From contig CM120646.1 of the NCBI GenBank assembly GCA_051362555.1, forward strand, positions 4,588,001-4,652,000: a stretch of 64,000 nt of DNA. Reading direction: 5' to 3'. Below, one piece after another: positions 17,849-38,856 of this stretch (the stretch's first letter is position 1; each line of letters starts with the position of its first letter). Under the pieces are notes generated by a model, which worked only from the letters and a program-made list of their open reading frames with translations, ran no database searches and was not told where the DNA came from. The translations under genes were made by a program, and so were the position numbers. Source of the stretch: Lingula anatina (taxonomy: Eukaryota > Animalia > Brachiopoda).

Positions 17849-19477
17849 TTATATACAAGTACCCCCACGTCCCAAAGTCCATTTCAAATACAAAATATTA
17901 AAATATCTCTAGCATATTGGTGTCGCTGTATCAACTCGTTTCTATATGTGGACATCTACCGCTGTAATTGCTAGATAACCAGTAATAGCGAGATAACGAT
18001 AAATATAGAAAATTAAAACATTCACCCTGTTGACCGCTTGAGACCCTCTGTCACACCTAACACATTTCCTGGTCGCACCTGTCAAAATCAATTATCATAC
18101 AAATATACAGGTTCGTTAATACGCGTGCCTCAAGATTTATAACAAAGCACATTTGCATTTATTTATTTATTTATTTTTGTGTAGACTTTGAAGTACTGGA
18201 AAACCATTATGACAATATTATTGCATTAATTGAATTAGAACAGTGAGTTGAATGGCTCTGTTTGGAATACATCAGGCGCGATGCCATTAGACAAGAGAGT
18301 CATAGGTTCCCTCCACCATGGACACATATCTTATTTTTCACTTTATCTTCACGGATACTTGTCTGGCTAATTCTGTGCACATTTCTGTAGCATCCATCGA
18401 TATATATTTTTGCAAGGAATTCAGTGCCATCATCAATAAAGTTGAGAGCAGGTAAAATATTTTACTATTTTGTTGTCACAAAAACATGTCCTGACTTGTT
18501 TTGAAGACTCGGTCGACGTGTTAATCAGGCTCCTAGTCAGTAATTTCAAAAGGGGTGTTCTTTTTCCGGAAAAGTGTTGCCTTTTCCATGAAATTTTCGT
18601 GTACCTAGATAAAGTTTTCTCGGCAAAAAGGGAGATTCTTTCGAACCCTCGGAACCTTGGCTAAAGTTAATATTCAACTATTGTTACGACTACGTCTTTT
18701 GCATTTGTAACAAAACGCAAGGCTCGATAAATCATGGTAAAGTGGCTTGTGTCACATGTTATAAAATTAATGTCTATTTTGTTAACACATCCCTGTTAAT
18801 ATTAATAGTCTAGCATTACTCGAAAGATTATTTACGGTTATGTTGAAAAAGCAGACTTACGACAGATCTAAAAGCGGTGTTATATTTGAAAAAAAAGAAA
18901 AAAAAAAAGACAGCACCTTGGTGAACATTTTTGTATTTGATGCCCCGGACATTTTTTTCCAAATATTTAATGACATCCATATCTATTTCTATCCTGTTGA
19001 AATGTTTTTTATTGAGGTTGAGGAGGTGATAGGAGACGATAGGTGGTGGCACCAGTGCCAGTGCTTGAGAAGTATCAACATTTGATATGGAATTTCAATA
19101 AAAATTTCAACGACCACACTCATACTGTCAATTGTTTTGGAAGACTGATAAACAACCACTCTATGTATTCTTGAACCTGTCACTTAAGAACCCTTCAATT
19201 GTAAACCAATTGTCGCATGAAAATACTCATATATAGCTTGGCTTTAAACTGGGATATCTTTATTGACTTTGTAATTTAAAAAGTTAATGGATTGCCAGGC
19301 TACGCATACTTGGAGTGGGGAATGTTGCACCAGTCTGAGGGTTTGAAAGGAAAGAAGTCAGATTTATTCTGGCATTCACTGAATAATACGTAACAAAAAC
19401 AACAACAACAACAATAATAATAGTAACAATGGCAAGGATGAATAAATAAATCAAACGATAGCTAAATAGATAACTGA

Positions 19478-19508
<31 letters not shown>

Positions 19509-20985
19509 ATATCTCAAGAAAAGTGTTCAAGAATAAGATCGCATTCATTTATAAACTGGTACAAACAAATTGACATCACTGTTATCATATTTCTTTAGCT
19601 TAATCTAGGATCCTTCAAACTAATTTGAAGAGCGCAAAGTTTGATAAGCTGGTGAGTTAAGGTTAGGTCGGGGGGGGGGGGGGGCGAAGGAACCCTCTTT
19701 CGGCCGAAAATGGTCTGTTGCATGAACCAAAATTTGAATTAGATTCAATGACATTTTTCATGTTGGGTCAACATGAAATCTATTTAGAAAAACATATTAA
19801 AATTGCTAGCTACAGGTCCGATTATAGTGATAACTTAACAAATCGCTTCAGTTTTTCAAAGTTGTTTCGATCCACCTTAATACAAAATGACGTAAACTGG
19901 TTAAAAATAATTTTCTTTTCTTTAAAATATTTAGCACGGATATCGAAAAATGCTGTACATGTAGATGTAGATTTTTTCCTAATTGGACCATGATATATTT
20001 ATGGAATATACATGTTTGTACTAGAGGCCAAGTAGAGGTGAAATAATTCCATGCAAACATCCCCGGTAGGCAGTGCCAAACTCGTGGAAATATAGCCAGA
20101 GACATATCTGTGCATTTACAGTGAAAAATCAATGTGAGCCCTAGTAGAGAGTATCTTAACAACACCTCTTCCCTGTGCCCCCGGGGCCGCCCTGTGATGA
20201 CCCAGTCTGTAATTTACTTGTCTCAAAACACCCGGGTTGTCACATAAAATAATTGTATCTATATTAGCCAGTCACAATTAACACCTTGTACACATGAAGC
20301 CATAGGCTACATATAAGCGGAAGACTTCACCAGTGTTGCATAAATACCCCGCTTCCTCACCCAGCGCGAACGCTTTTCCAAAAATAAAATTAAAAAAAAA
20401 AAAACCTGCGGGTCATTCGCTTTTTTCCTTATTCTACCTGGCATTCACTGAAGATCGCGGTAATACCTGTGAAATCATCAGTCTTTGAGCTCCTGTTTAA
20501 ATTAACACCTCCTTGTTCATATTCACCTTAATTTAAAAAGGGTTTACATTGTAAAGAGAAGCGGAAGGAGGCGCTTTGTCAATTTCCACTCTAAACAATG
20601 GCCGAGTCTACGCTTCGTGACCATAAACAATCAGATATGAATATATTAAAGTAAGACGAGCGTTCCTAAGCGGCTGGAATGTGACAAGCTTGTTGTGATG
20701 TGAACTGAAGAGTTAAGTTACGAGAACCCTGGATCTGTATGAGGGTATGACCGATCTGATTTTCACCTCTCGAACAATAATAAGACGCTTCTGAATAAAG
20801 CGCACAGAAAACAGAATTATTTTTGAAACCGGGTCAAGAAATTTTCAGGTTGTGGAATCAGTCACGGATTTAATGCGCGCTGTTAAAGGAGTTCATTGTT
20901 CAATCATACAAAGCGCACAGGTAAACTACTGTAGGGACTGTGGGAGAAAGGAAAGGAACACAAATACATACAGGTAAGTTAGACG

Positions 20986-21025
<40 letters not shown>

Positions 21026-23670
21026 GGGAATCATGTCAAACAAATAATTTTGAGCTTCGAGTAGCAAGATGTTATTTAAATAACACTGTGGCATCTGATA
21101 GAACAGTGGCTGATAGCTCAATAGATTTAAAGTCTCTTCTTGGTGAAACGTAACCTTTATTTCGGTTTGGACATATAGGAAAAAAAAGTAGAATCCACAA
21201 CACAGAGAAGCTCAATGTCTAACCCGTGTTTTGGAATTTAAGGTGCATGAGCAAGACGTTTTTGTCATCAAATTTTGCATATTCCGTTTATTTGAATAAC
21301 GCTTAGGCTTCTGATAGACTATTGACTAATAATTTAATAAGTTTAAAGTCTCTATTTGGTACTACAGGTACGCTTTATCTCCTTTACACAAGTTACAGCG
21401 ATTGAAAATTTCGTAGATAAGGTTTTACAAACACGGAAGTTCAGATACAGGGATACGAGAACAGTGACTATACAGTCACCAGGGTTTAAAGTGTCTTTTC
21501 GCCTGGGTGAAACTTTGAACAATTTCCAAAGGTTATTCTGGATTGAAAGTGAGCACTCCACTAAAGTGAGTATTTGGTATATATTCTAGCAAAGTCAAAT
21601 TGGTATTTTGTTGTTATTGACATCGAATAGAATGACACAATATTTACACAGAAAGAACTTTGCTTTTCATACGCAATGAATTTAAATCATTCTAGCGCAG
21701 GCTTAACGTTTGAATGTATTTATTTTATTTGAAACTTCATTTCATTTTGATATAGCCACAGTTGTGGTGAAGGTATGTTGTTTTCAACACTGCAATCATA
21801 TATGTGTAGCTTTCTGCTTTACCATACACATACATGATGATGTATTTCATTAATTCCACATGAACAAAAAAGGGAATGGATATTCAAAAACTTTGTAGAA
21901 CTCTTATATAGATATACTAGTAGAATTTAGACGCGATCCAGGAGAATATACTGTATATATTTATATATGAAGTTACATGTATATAAACCAGCTGTCACAG
22001 GGTAAACGGTAATGTGCGAGGACACGCTAAGGTGTGAAGACGTATTGTTCGCTGCAGCGTCTATGACTTAATATCTGGGGAGGCGGAACTACTAATTATA
22101 GGCAGTGTCGCACAAGTCACACGATAGGTGTGTATTATGCTTGACTGTTGTTTCGCCAGGCGAAAACAATCATACTCTCGTGGCGGGTTTTTTTCCTACC
22201 CTCATATGTTTTTCATCGTTTTAGCACTTAAAGTTAAAGAGTGAGATAAAATGATTTTTTTTTTCATAATGAATAAGGCTAAAACACATAAACATCTTAT
22301 CAAATTAATGGTTTAGTTAGAGTGGACTTCGATGATAAATGGTGACGCATAACGCCTTAGATTGGTCAGGTTTGGCTGGTTACAAAAAGTCCCCGAGATA
22401 CAGTAGACCTATGGTAGAGAATAATAGGTTCAAAAACTAAAATGAAAATTTCCTGGACAAGTGCGTCTTTATTGTATCGTGAAACAAACACGCACACAAA
22501 ACACACACACACACACACAACGTATTTTATATTCAGCGCGACTGCAATATTTCAAACCCAGGCTCTTTCTTACTGAAACACGTGCGCGCACGCGCGCACG
22601 CATATCGTGATCGTAACGTTACGTCTAGTGAGAGCCCACAGGAGGGTACTTATTGACCAGTCCACCACAATAAATCTCGGTCAGCCCATCCCTGTCCCCG
22701 GCTGGGAAGTACATCGTGAAGATAATGAACACATTAATACCGAACTGTCAACATTCTCTCTACAGAGGATTTATACATGTGCGAGTATGTGCATTTGGAG
22801 GACTCATATGTACACCCTTGACCAATGTCCACACAGGCTTAGATATATTGCCAACAGGTCTATACTCTTCTGGGGGTCAGCGGAGTGCTATCATTTAAAA
22901 TTCCTGCTGAACCTTCAGTAGAAAATTTGTCAAAAAATAAGCCATAAATAAGCAAGATAAATAGAAGTGAAAAATGAATATGTGACTAAGATAGAGAGTA
23001 CCTATGCTGAACGATTTCAGCTGTGTTATTTTTCTTGATAAGAGGACTGATTTTAATGCGAAACCTTCAGTATGGCTAAAAATCTACAGGTTGAATGAAT
23101 ATTGGACTTTTTCCCGACTAAAAGGGGGATTCTAACCCCCTAGCGCACGGGTATACTACTCTAAAAATTCTTGCTCCATCCCACTTCATGAGAAAAAACT
23201 CGAATTCATTGGGCAATATATAATACAGGGTACTTGTACACTGCAGTTTAGAGGTAAAAATCAAGGACTGAGCAAACTGCTCTAAATCTCAGATTAGCTC
23301 TGAGAATTAAAAATAGTTTTGTAGATACAGGGTTATCAGTATTTTATGCGTCAGTTTTTATAATTCTTTAGCCTGTCGTCTGATCGATAAAAGTTGGAAT
23401 CACCTAATAAGAGAGCTAATCAACAGGCATACAAGCCGATATAAGGAAGTATTTCACACAAAAAGTAAAGAGCAAGATATGTATGTATGGGTGGATCCAT
23501 GTAAAGTGCTTACTTTATGGAAGAAGTGTGTGGAGTTGGAAAGAGACTGTGTTGAAACACAGATCAATGTTAAAATTATTAATCCAGATATCTTTATCTC
23601 TCTGCATGAGGCTCAAAACTACATCATATACCCTCGTACGTGTATGGGATAACCTCGTATCAGTGTCTTA

Positions 23671-24102
23671 CACCCCATTTCCATAGATTAGATCGACCTA
23701 CTTTAGATCGACCTAACCCCCTGGATGTTCACGCTAAATAGCTGTCAGCCGAGCGAACACGAAAGTTAATTATTCCCTTACAGCTTGTAGTAGGCGGGGC
23801 GGACATTTAAGCCGGATTATTTGACAGTAATCTGGTGAGACTCCCCACGAGGATAGATCGATCTAAAATCTATGGGGATGCGCCCTTAGACCCCATTTCC
23901 AGAGATTAGATCGATCTACTTTAGATCGACCTAACTCCCTGGAGGTTCACGCTAAATAGCTGCCAGCCGGGCGGACACGAAAGTTAATTACCCCCTTACA
24001 GCTTGTAGTAGGCGGGACGGACATTTAACCCGGATTATCTGACAGTAATCTAGTGAGACTCCCCATGGGGATAGATCGATCTAAATGTCTGGGAATACGC
24101 CC
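23671..24102 (+). mobile_element. Two head-to-tail copies of a ~215-bp Tourist-like MITE (family A)
   Basis: TTA-[23671-23885]-TTA-[23889-24102]-TTA, imperfect TIRs containing AGATCGATCTA. Same family at 35560 and 44176. Confidence 0.9.
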
Positions 24103-24499
24103 TTACTTTGAGAAATACCCACTGGTTAGAATGTTGATATCACTTTTGCTTCATGTCCGTGTTGTTTACATAGGTTCGAAATGTTTGGGTTGTCTTAGCT
24201 TATCAGTTCACCACCGACCCTTAATAAACGAGAGAAAACGGAGGACCGCGATGGCAGGTTTAATAATTAGATTTCAACAAATATTGAAAATTGGCACACA
24301 TATCTTAAAGTATTTGGTCCCGTGTTTTGCCTAATTATCATTGATTCTATTTCATAAACATGAATTAGGGACGATGACAAATGTGTAAAATAAGGGCATA
24401 TATAGTGGGACACTGGGGCATATTTATGCTTTTGACCTTCATTTCTCTCTGTGCTGTACGGCTGATCCAGGGACGCAAACATGCATAAGCACGCACAGA

Positions 24500-24565
24500 C
24501 ACACATGGACGTGTGCACACGTGCACACAACATAACATGAGCATACACACATATACACACATATG

Positions 24566-24597
<32 letters not shown>

Positions 24598-24730
24598 AGC
24601 ACACCAGAAAGGCACACTTTCTCATACGCGTACATGTTTACCCAGACGCAGCAAACCCCAAATAGTAGAAGACAAAGGGTCATGAGGGTAATGATCGGGG
24701 GGGGGGGGGGGGGGGGGGCGGGGGGGGGGG
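24500..24730. repeat. (CA)n microsatellite and poly-G run
   Basis: CA-rich 24500-24600; ~34-nt G run 24697-24730. Confidence 0.9.
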
Positions 24731-25766
24731 ATTGTAGACCTAAAGCTTCTCTCCCACACTTTCAAAAACAATAGTTCCATATCTTAGAATACAGGCAGTA
24801 TTTATTAAGGCATTTGTGCCCTCTTCCCACGAGTGTCACACAAGTCCACAGATATGTTGATGACACAGAGATAATTCATAAGACCAATTTAGTGTCCATT
24901 CCATCAGGGTGCAGTCCTGTACATGCTCAGTCACTCCGCCGCATAATGGCCCTTTGTCATGTACTTATATTGAGCGCTTTGTTTTAGCATGGTCAGTCTG
25001 GCTGGCCAACCGAGACTGACCGCTGTGGGATACCAATGCCAGTGACCAATGTGGGTGACCAATGTTAGTGACTGGGTTATGACATTGCATTGCAGAGGCA
25101 GACCCACAACATTCAGAGTGGAAGTCATTCTCTCTCCCCCCCCCCACCTCCCCCCTCCGTTAAAGAAATGTTTGGTAAACACAAATATGATGCAGTTTGG
25201 GACATATAGAAACGAATACAAATGTTTTACGGTGGATCTCGGATCTTTTCTCTTTCACCCTTCAGTTAGGGGTGGGGGATTCAATCGGCTATGCCATATT
25301 GGGAAAAGAGGGCGGATCTCCAAACTTTATCCGTTAGGCCCTAGCTTTGACTGGAGTGGGACTATCCGCTCTGTCTGCTGCTGTGAGGGCATATGCACAG
25401 GATGAGGACAACCAGTTCAGAGATATTTTCTGACAGTCTTCCAAATTATATTTGTTGATCCATCCTCCATTTTGACCGTCTTCAGACAGAAAAAATTAAA
25501 TTCCCATTAATACAAACTTAAAAATCTGACCATCTTTCGGAAGACCTAGAAGGCCTCTATCTGCCCCTGCAGTTACATTTAATCGTGAATTTATTGAATT
25601 ATTGAACTGAGTATCAGTAGACTGTGCTAGAAAAGATGCGTACTGGTACATATTGACTTTTTTACGATCGCTATGACGAAATGTAATTCAAACTCTGAGA
25701 CAGCCAAGGATCCACTAACTGTTGTACCTGTAGTCTCTGTTCAATCGCACTAATAACACACGCACC

Positions 25767-25968
25767 TAGAAAAACGCTCAGAGAGCACATGAATTCACCA
25801 AGGTAGCCCTAATCTCTTTATTAACTAATTATGGGATCGTCACAAAAATCTAATTACATAGCCGCTTTTTTACATGAACTGAATTTAACAAAAATCAAAA
25901 TTGCATCAGGCTGTTAACTTTAAAAAGATCAAATGGAAAAACATGACCTCCTTCATGGAGGAAATAAC
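25767..25968 (-). mobile_element. Degenerate Helentron-associated (HINE-like) non-autonomous element
   Basis: Ends ctagaaaaacgctcagagagc..caccaagg and aaaacatgacctccttcatggagg resemble the reverse complement of the element ends at 41225-41435. Confidence 0.55.
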
Positions 25969-26287
25969 CCAAGAGAGGGAGACCTTCATTTTAACTATTT
26001 GCTTAACAAAGTGAAAGGAATCTTAAGTGATGGCCCTCAATCGACGATTATGCACACGCGGAAAGAAGTTTTGTAATTCATTGTTTGCCCCTTTCTTGAT
26101 ATTTTAATGCGAATATGTGATATGTTTATGATTTGTTTTCCTAATTCGCAATAGCGTTTGAATGCGGAAGGAAGAACGTACCCCACGGCTCTGCTGTGAT
26201 GTAGTTATTTGACATAGTGGGTAATCTTGTATCATCTATCCAACAGGTACGTTGTATTGTTGAAAGAGCTGATGATTGACAGCCCCC

Positions 26288-34304
<8,017 letters not shown>

Positions 34305-35431
34305 GACTTGTTTGACCTATATTTCTGCATGCCAGTGACATATTGGTAGATCATTAATTCATCGGACAAAGTTTGATTCTGAAATTAATGGCGCCATATG
34401 GAAAAAATGACGTCAGTTTTATTTAAAGTGACTGTCGTCATAAGGACTGCCGTCATACGGTAAACAATGGAATTGTGGGATATCGATGCTATGGTTCGTT
34501 CGCCGTGCACACTGTGCACTGTGGACCCCATGGCTTTGACATATGCGCAGTTATCAGCAGCTGGCAAGACGTATACGATATTACACAAGAAAAGTTGTTT
34601 CGGGGATTTTCTATGACGTCCTTTGTGTTTTTTTCCAATTGTATAACAGTTTTCGGATGCCGAAGTGAATTGTTACATGTTAGATTGGTTGAACCTTGTA
34701 TTAATCCCATCAAGTCGAAACACATATATTTGATCAATAAAACCGTATAGGATGAAAAGTAAAATAATTTTCATACGTCACCTAAGGCAAACACATTCTT
34801 TTTAATCATGTTGTATATATTCTTACTCATATAAATTCCTTCACCAATAAAAATATTGACTGAAATAGGCCTATTCATATTCATATTCATTTACCACAAT
34901 TAGAATAAGTTATAAATAAAAATTTAGAATAATGGTTAGTCACTTTGTCATATTTTCGTGTTTCAAATAAATTTATATTTCATGCGTCGTTTATGTTTGT
35001 GTCATTGTGACTTAATAAATTTCTGTTGATATTTCGAAAGATGAAAATATTGTTATTAATCAGCTTAAGCGGCCGAAAAATCCCATTCTATTTTAAATAG
35101 AATGGGAATTTTATATATGCAGAGCTATTTATTTCATATAAAAAAGGCGTTGCGCAGAACACAGAAAAGCAGGTTGTCAGACGATTACGTTGTAAACAAC
35201 AGCAGGCGTGTAAATCTTTTAATCTGATGAACTTGGTGAGAGTCCCCGAGAAGTTTCTTCGAACTACCTGATACGACAGTTTCATTGTCAACGCACCCAA
35301 GTTATCATTTAAAAGCGTTACTCATACCGTGCCATCCTGTGCCTTCCCTCCACGGGTCACGCTGGTTTTAAAGACTAGAAGGTTCAGTAGGTTTCCAGTA
35401 AAAGATTGCCTGAAGTGAAGACAAAGTGAAG

Positions 35432-38400
35432 ATGAGGACGACCACAGAACGGAGAGTAAGTAAAGACATGTTTACTGAATGTGGTCTCGTTGTCATGCGC
35501 GTATTACGGTTGTTAAGAAAGCTCTAGACAGAAGGGCTATACAATGTCAATACTTCTTAGACCCCATTTCCACAGATATTTGATCGATCTATCCCCCTTG
35601 GGAGTCTCACTAGATTACTGTCAGCTTAGCCGGCTTAAATGTCTGTCCCGCCTACTAAAAGTTTTAAGGGGGTAATTAACTTCCGTGCGCGGTCGGCTGA
35701 CAGCAATTTAGCGTGAACCCTTAGGGAGTTAGGTCGATCTACTTGGATCGACCTAAATCTCTGGGAAGGCGCTCTAATATCAATCGTCATGAAAGTAGGC
35801 CACATTATAAGTACTGTCAATAATTAACAAGCAATTGAATAGGAAAATAAAGTTCGTTGTAAATAGTGACTTATGGACACCACACCACAGTTATACGGCT
35901 ATCTTTCAATAAAACAACCTATAACTATTTAAAAAAAAAAACAATAAAAAAAAGCTGCCTGCATTTTCATGAGCAAATGTTAGAGAATGCATGCAATTGG
36001 GAACAAGGGAAAATAGAAGTCTCCGTAAACAAGGTGCAAAATTATTGATTATCTATATGTTATTGATTATCTATATGTGACCTTGCACATTTTTCAGTTG
36101 ACGAAAGAAGACTGTATGATAATTGCTCTGTTTATACTCATTTTAGTTTCTGCAACAACAGGTATGTAAATTATTTTAACAAAGCGAGAGACTGACGATT
36201 TTTGTAAAAAAAAATATACATATAAAGAGTCTTATTTAAAAATCGCAATAAAAAGCAAGTGTCGATTTTTGTATCGACTATTTGACATAAGCGACTAATA
36301 CATCGCTATCACAAATATGCAGTTCAGTATATTTTTCTTTAAAAGATAATAATATATTAATAGCTTCAAGTCAAACTGTTCGAATCATTTATTTATCGTA
36401 TAACGGTGTTTAGTTCTCCGAATGGAATTTCGTTGTAGTGACATCCGAAGAAGGGACTTGTCCTTCTGGGACAGGTTGGGATAGAAACCAAGGGTAATTA
36501 TATTCTGTATGATAAAAACGAGTATATTTGATTCCGTGTTATCAAACAATCGATATGTTGTGCTCTTACTAGTCGTGTGAACGCTTGGAACATCTTTATC
36601 TTGCAGGGTAAAAGATGTACACATACTCAAGATGTACACATACTCAAGTACACACAACAGCAAGTTAAAATATTCAAAAGTTTTATTTGTTATGGATTAA
36701 ATTGGAATATAGCTATATCCATTTGATCATTTGCTGTTTTATAACGGCTAAGGAATTATCAATTAGTTAGTTCTAATTAGTCCAGATTGCTTAAATTATT
36801 TGTAGGCTGTTCATTTATCTGTCATTTATTACATACATGTAGTTAAATGGTGGATTACAGGTTCATTGCCGAACAATTTCAGTTACATGAACCATGTTGA
36901 CTTAGTTAACTTGATTTCATTTTTGCATGTAGGCCTTCTTAATATTAATCAGACTAATAGCTATTATCTATCAAACTAAATTTTCACTATAATCACTATT
37001 GCTACAATCATTTAGGAGGTGCCTTCCGTGTGCCTGTTGTATACGAACATATTTCATTGGAATAAACGAAAATGAAACAAGAATTGCCCCTGAAAACGCC
37101 GACTGTGTGTCTCAGGCGACGGATGGCGACAAAAAATGTTTGTATGACCCTGGAGCCTTGGCCACTGAGTGCCCCGTACAAGCCACAGGTCAGTATCTTA
37201 TTACTACAACTTAACGCTAAATACTTGGATAAATGTTTCTTAATGCGTTTGGAATTAATAAACTGCTCATGAAAATCATGAACTCAATATGCTTCATAGA
37301 AAAATCAGACAAATTTGCAGAGAAAATACATGATGAAAAGACGAAAAAAAGCACACATTTTCTAAATTAACATTGTGAGTGGTAAAAGGACATGGTCATT
37401 AACGAATCTAATGTATCCTATTGAACAGATATTTAAATCTTTTGTCGCACCCCTTCTACATACGATTCACATCCATTATGATTTAATCTACAATATGTAC
37501 ACTCTCCTATTTCAGGATAGCTGGTTCTGATAAGTATGGTGTTCAGTTGCCACATTAACCAAACCATGCCTATATATGTTGTGTTTTACTGGCATGTATG
37601 TTGACTTGTTAACGGGTCAATTTTCTTGCTGGTTACTAATGTATAATTCCCATTTGCTTGTTACACATGTACCATAGGCTGTTGTTACTACCTGCATCCT
37701 TTCCTCATGACACTTCGCTCAACTCTTTGATATAACATCGTTTCAAAAGTTCAAACTTAGTCATATTTGATACTGTTACATTCCATAACTGTCACTAGTT
37801 GAAAAGATGTGTGTAGGACGTCCTCTCGGCAAAATTTATGCCAGAGTGACCGGAATAATAGTCCTAAGAATTATGGTCCTAGGAATGGAGGTCATGGGTC
37901 CCATATGATTAGTACGGGTTAGAGTTAGTCGTAGTATTGGGGTTAGTATATGGGACGAATGACGTCTTCTGTGCCGGTGTGACAGGAACGCCGCTTAGAA
38001 CTGGGGAAGGACACCGGTCTAAGCGGCGTTCCTGTCACACCGGCACAGAAGACGATTCCTACTTGTTTTAGACCTTGTGTTCATAGAAACGCAGGTCAAA
38101 TTTTGAATTGCTTTTGTCTTAAGATATTGAGAGTAGAAACAACCATTTGTTATTTTATGCTTATAGTGAAGCTATACAATGCATGTGTCTACTAGTATGT
38201 ACATGTATATATTAGATCCTTTAGATCCTACATCCAGTTAGCCACAAATTAATATTGCATTTTAGGTATAAGTCAGTGTCATTAATTTTTAATTTGCATG
38301 TGTGCATCTTGTCGCCCTTTACCTGAAAGTGAGCGAGATGTTGCGAGTAAATGATCAGTATACATGGTGTCAGATTTATAGCATACTACTTGTACTGCCA

Positions 38401-38856
38401 GGGCATAACAAATGCTCTCATGCAGATCTTTTTGACCTGCAATCTTTTGCGATATTGGTCAATGACAAACACTAGGTTTGTGGGAAAAAAAATAATAATC
38501 AGCCAGACAAGATTTCAGCAATGATACTACAGTAGATAAATACAATCAAGACGATGCATTGGGTCCATACAAACACACGATGCTTAACGACAAACCTTTG
38601 GTGTCATAAATACACACCCTATATACTGTATTGAGAGGCCCTCACACATGATCAGTAGAAGAACCATCAAGCAAACTTGTTATTGGTTATTGTTTCAGAT
38701 ACACCAATGACTCAGACCCAGCCTACAGGTACCCAAGTGACCATGACCTCTGAACCCGGAAGTAAGTCTCCTGTGAATTCTGGGAACAAAGTGGTGCAGT
38801 CCGTGATAGCAGCGATTTTAGCTGTTACGATGTCAATGGCAATGAAGCTATTCTAG
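35432..38856 (+). CDS. GPI-anchored Cys-rich surface protein (~157 aa) with a TNFR-like CRD and Thr/Pro stalk
   Basis: Exons 35432-35455, 36098-36161 (hydrophobic MIIALFILILVSATT), 36439-36493, 37016-37188, 38699-38856; 474 nt in phase. Mature part CPSGTGWDRNQGRCLPCACC..C..C..C, C-terminus NSG-NKVVQS-VIAAILAVTMSMAMKLF* with no cytoplasmic tail. Confidence 0.75.
35560..35774 (-). mobile_element. MITE family A copy, internal region in reverse orientation
   Basis: Interior is the reverse complement of 23889-24102 (ggagtctcactagattactgtcag...gggagttaggtcgatcta); TTA/TAA flanks. Confidence 0.88.
37855..38060. repeat. Interspersed repeat carrying a perfect 37-bp-arm hairpin
   Basis: Arms 37963-37999 and 38018-38054 are exact reverse complements. 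The left flank (gtcctaggaatgga..catatg.ttagtac..ttagtcg..tatatgggacgaatg) recurs at ~57765-57848. Confidence 0.8.

Noticed and set aside
18240-18330. tRNA gene or SINE head
   Set aside because: Only vague A/B-box similarity and no cloverleaf.
18690-19183. Possible decayed minus-strand coding remnant
   Set aside because: Broken frames, no identifiable motif and no consistent splice sites.
21540-21775. Donor-like sites (aaa|gtgagt ~21565, aag|gtatgt ~21773) as another coding gene
   Set aside because: No coherent ORF; at most untranslated upstream exons of RTK2, not demonstrable from sequence alone.
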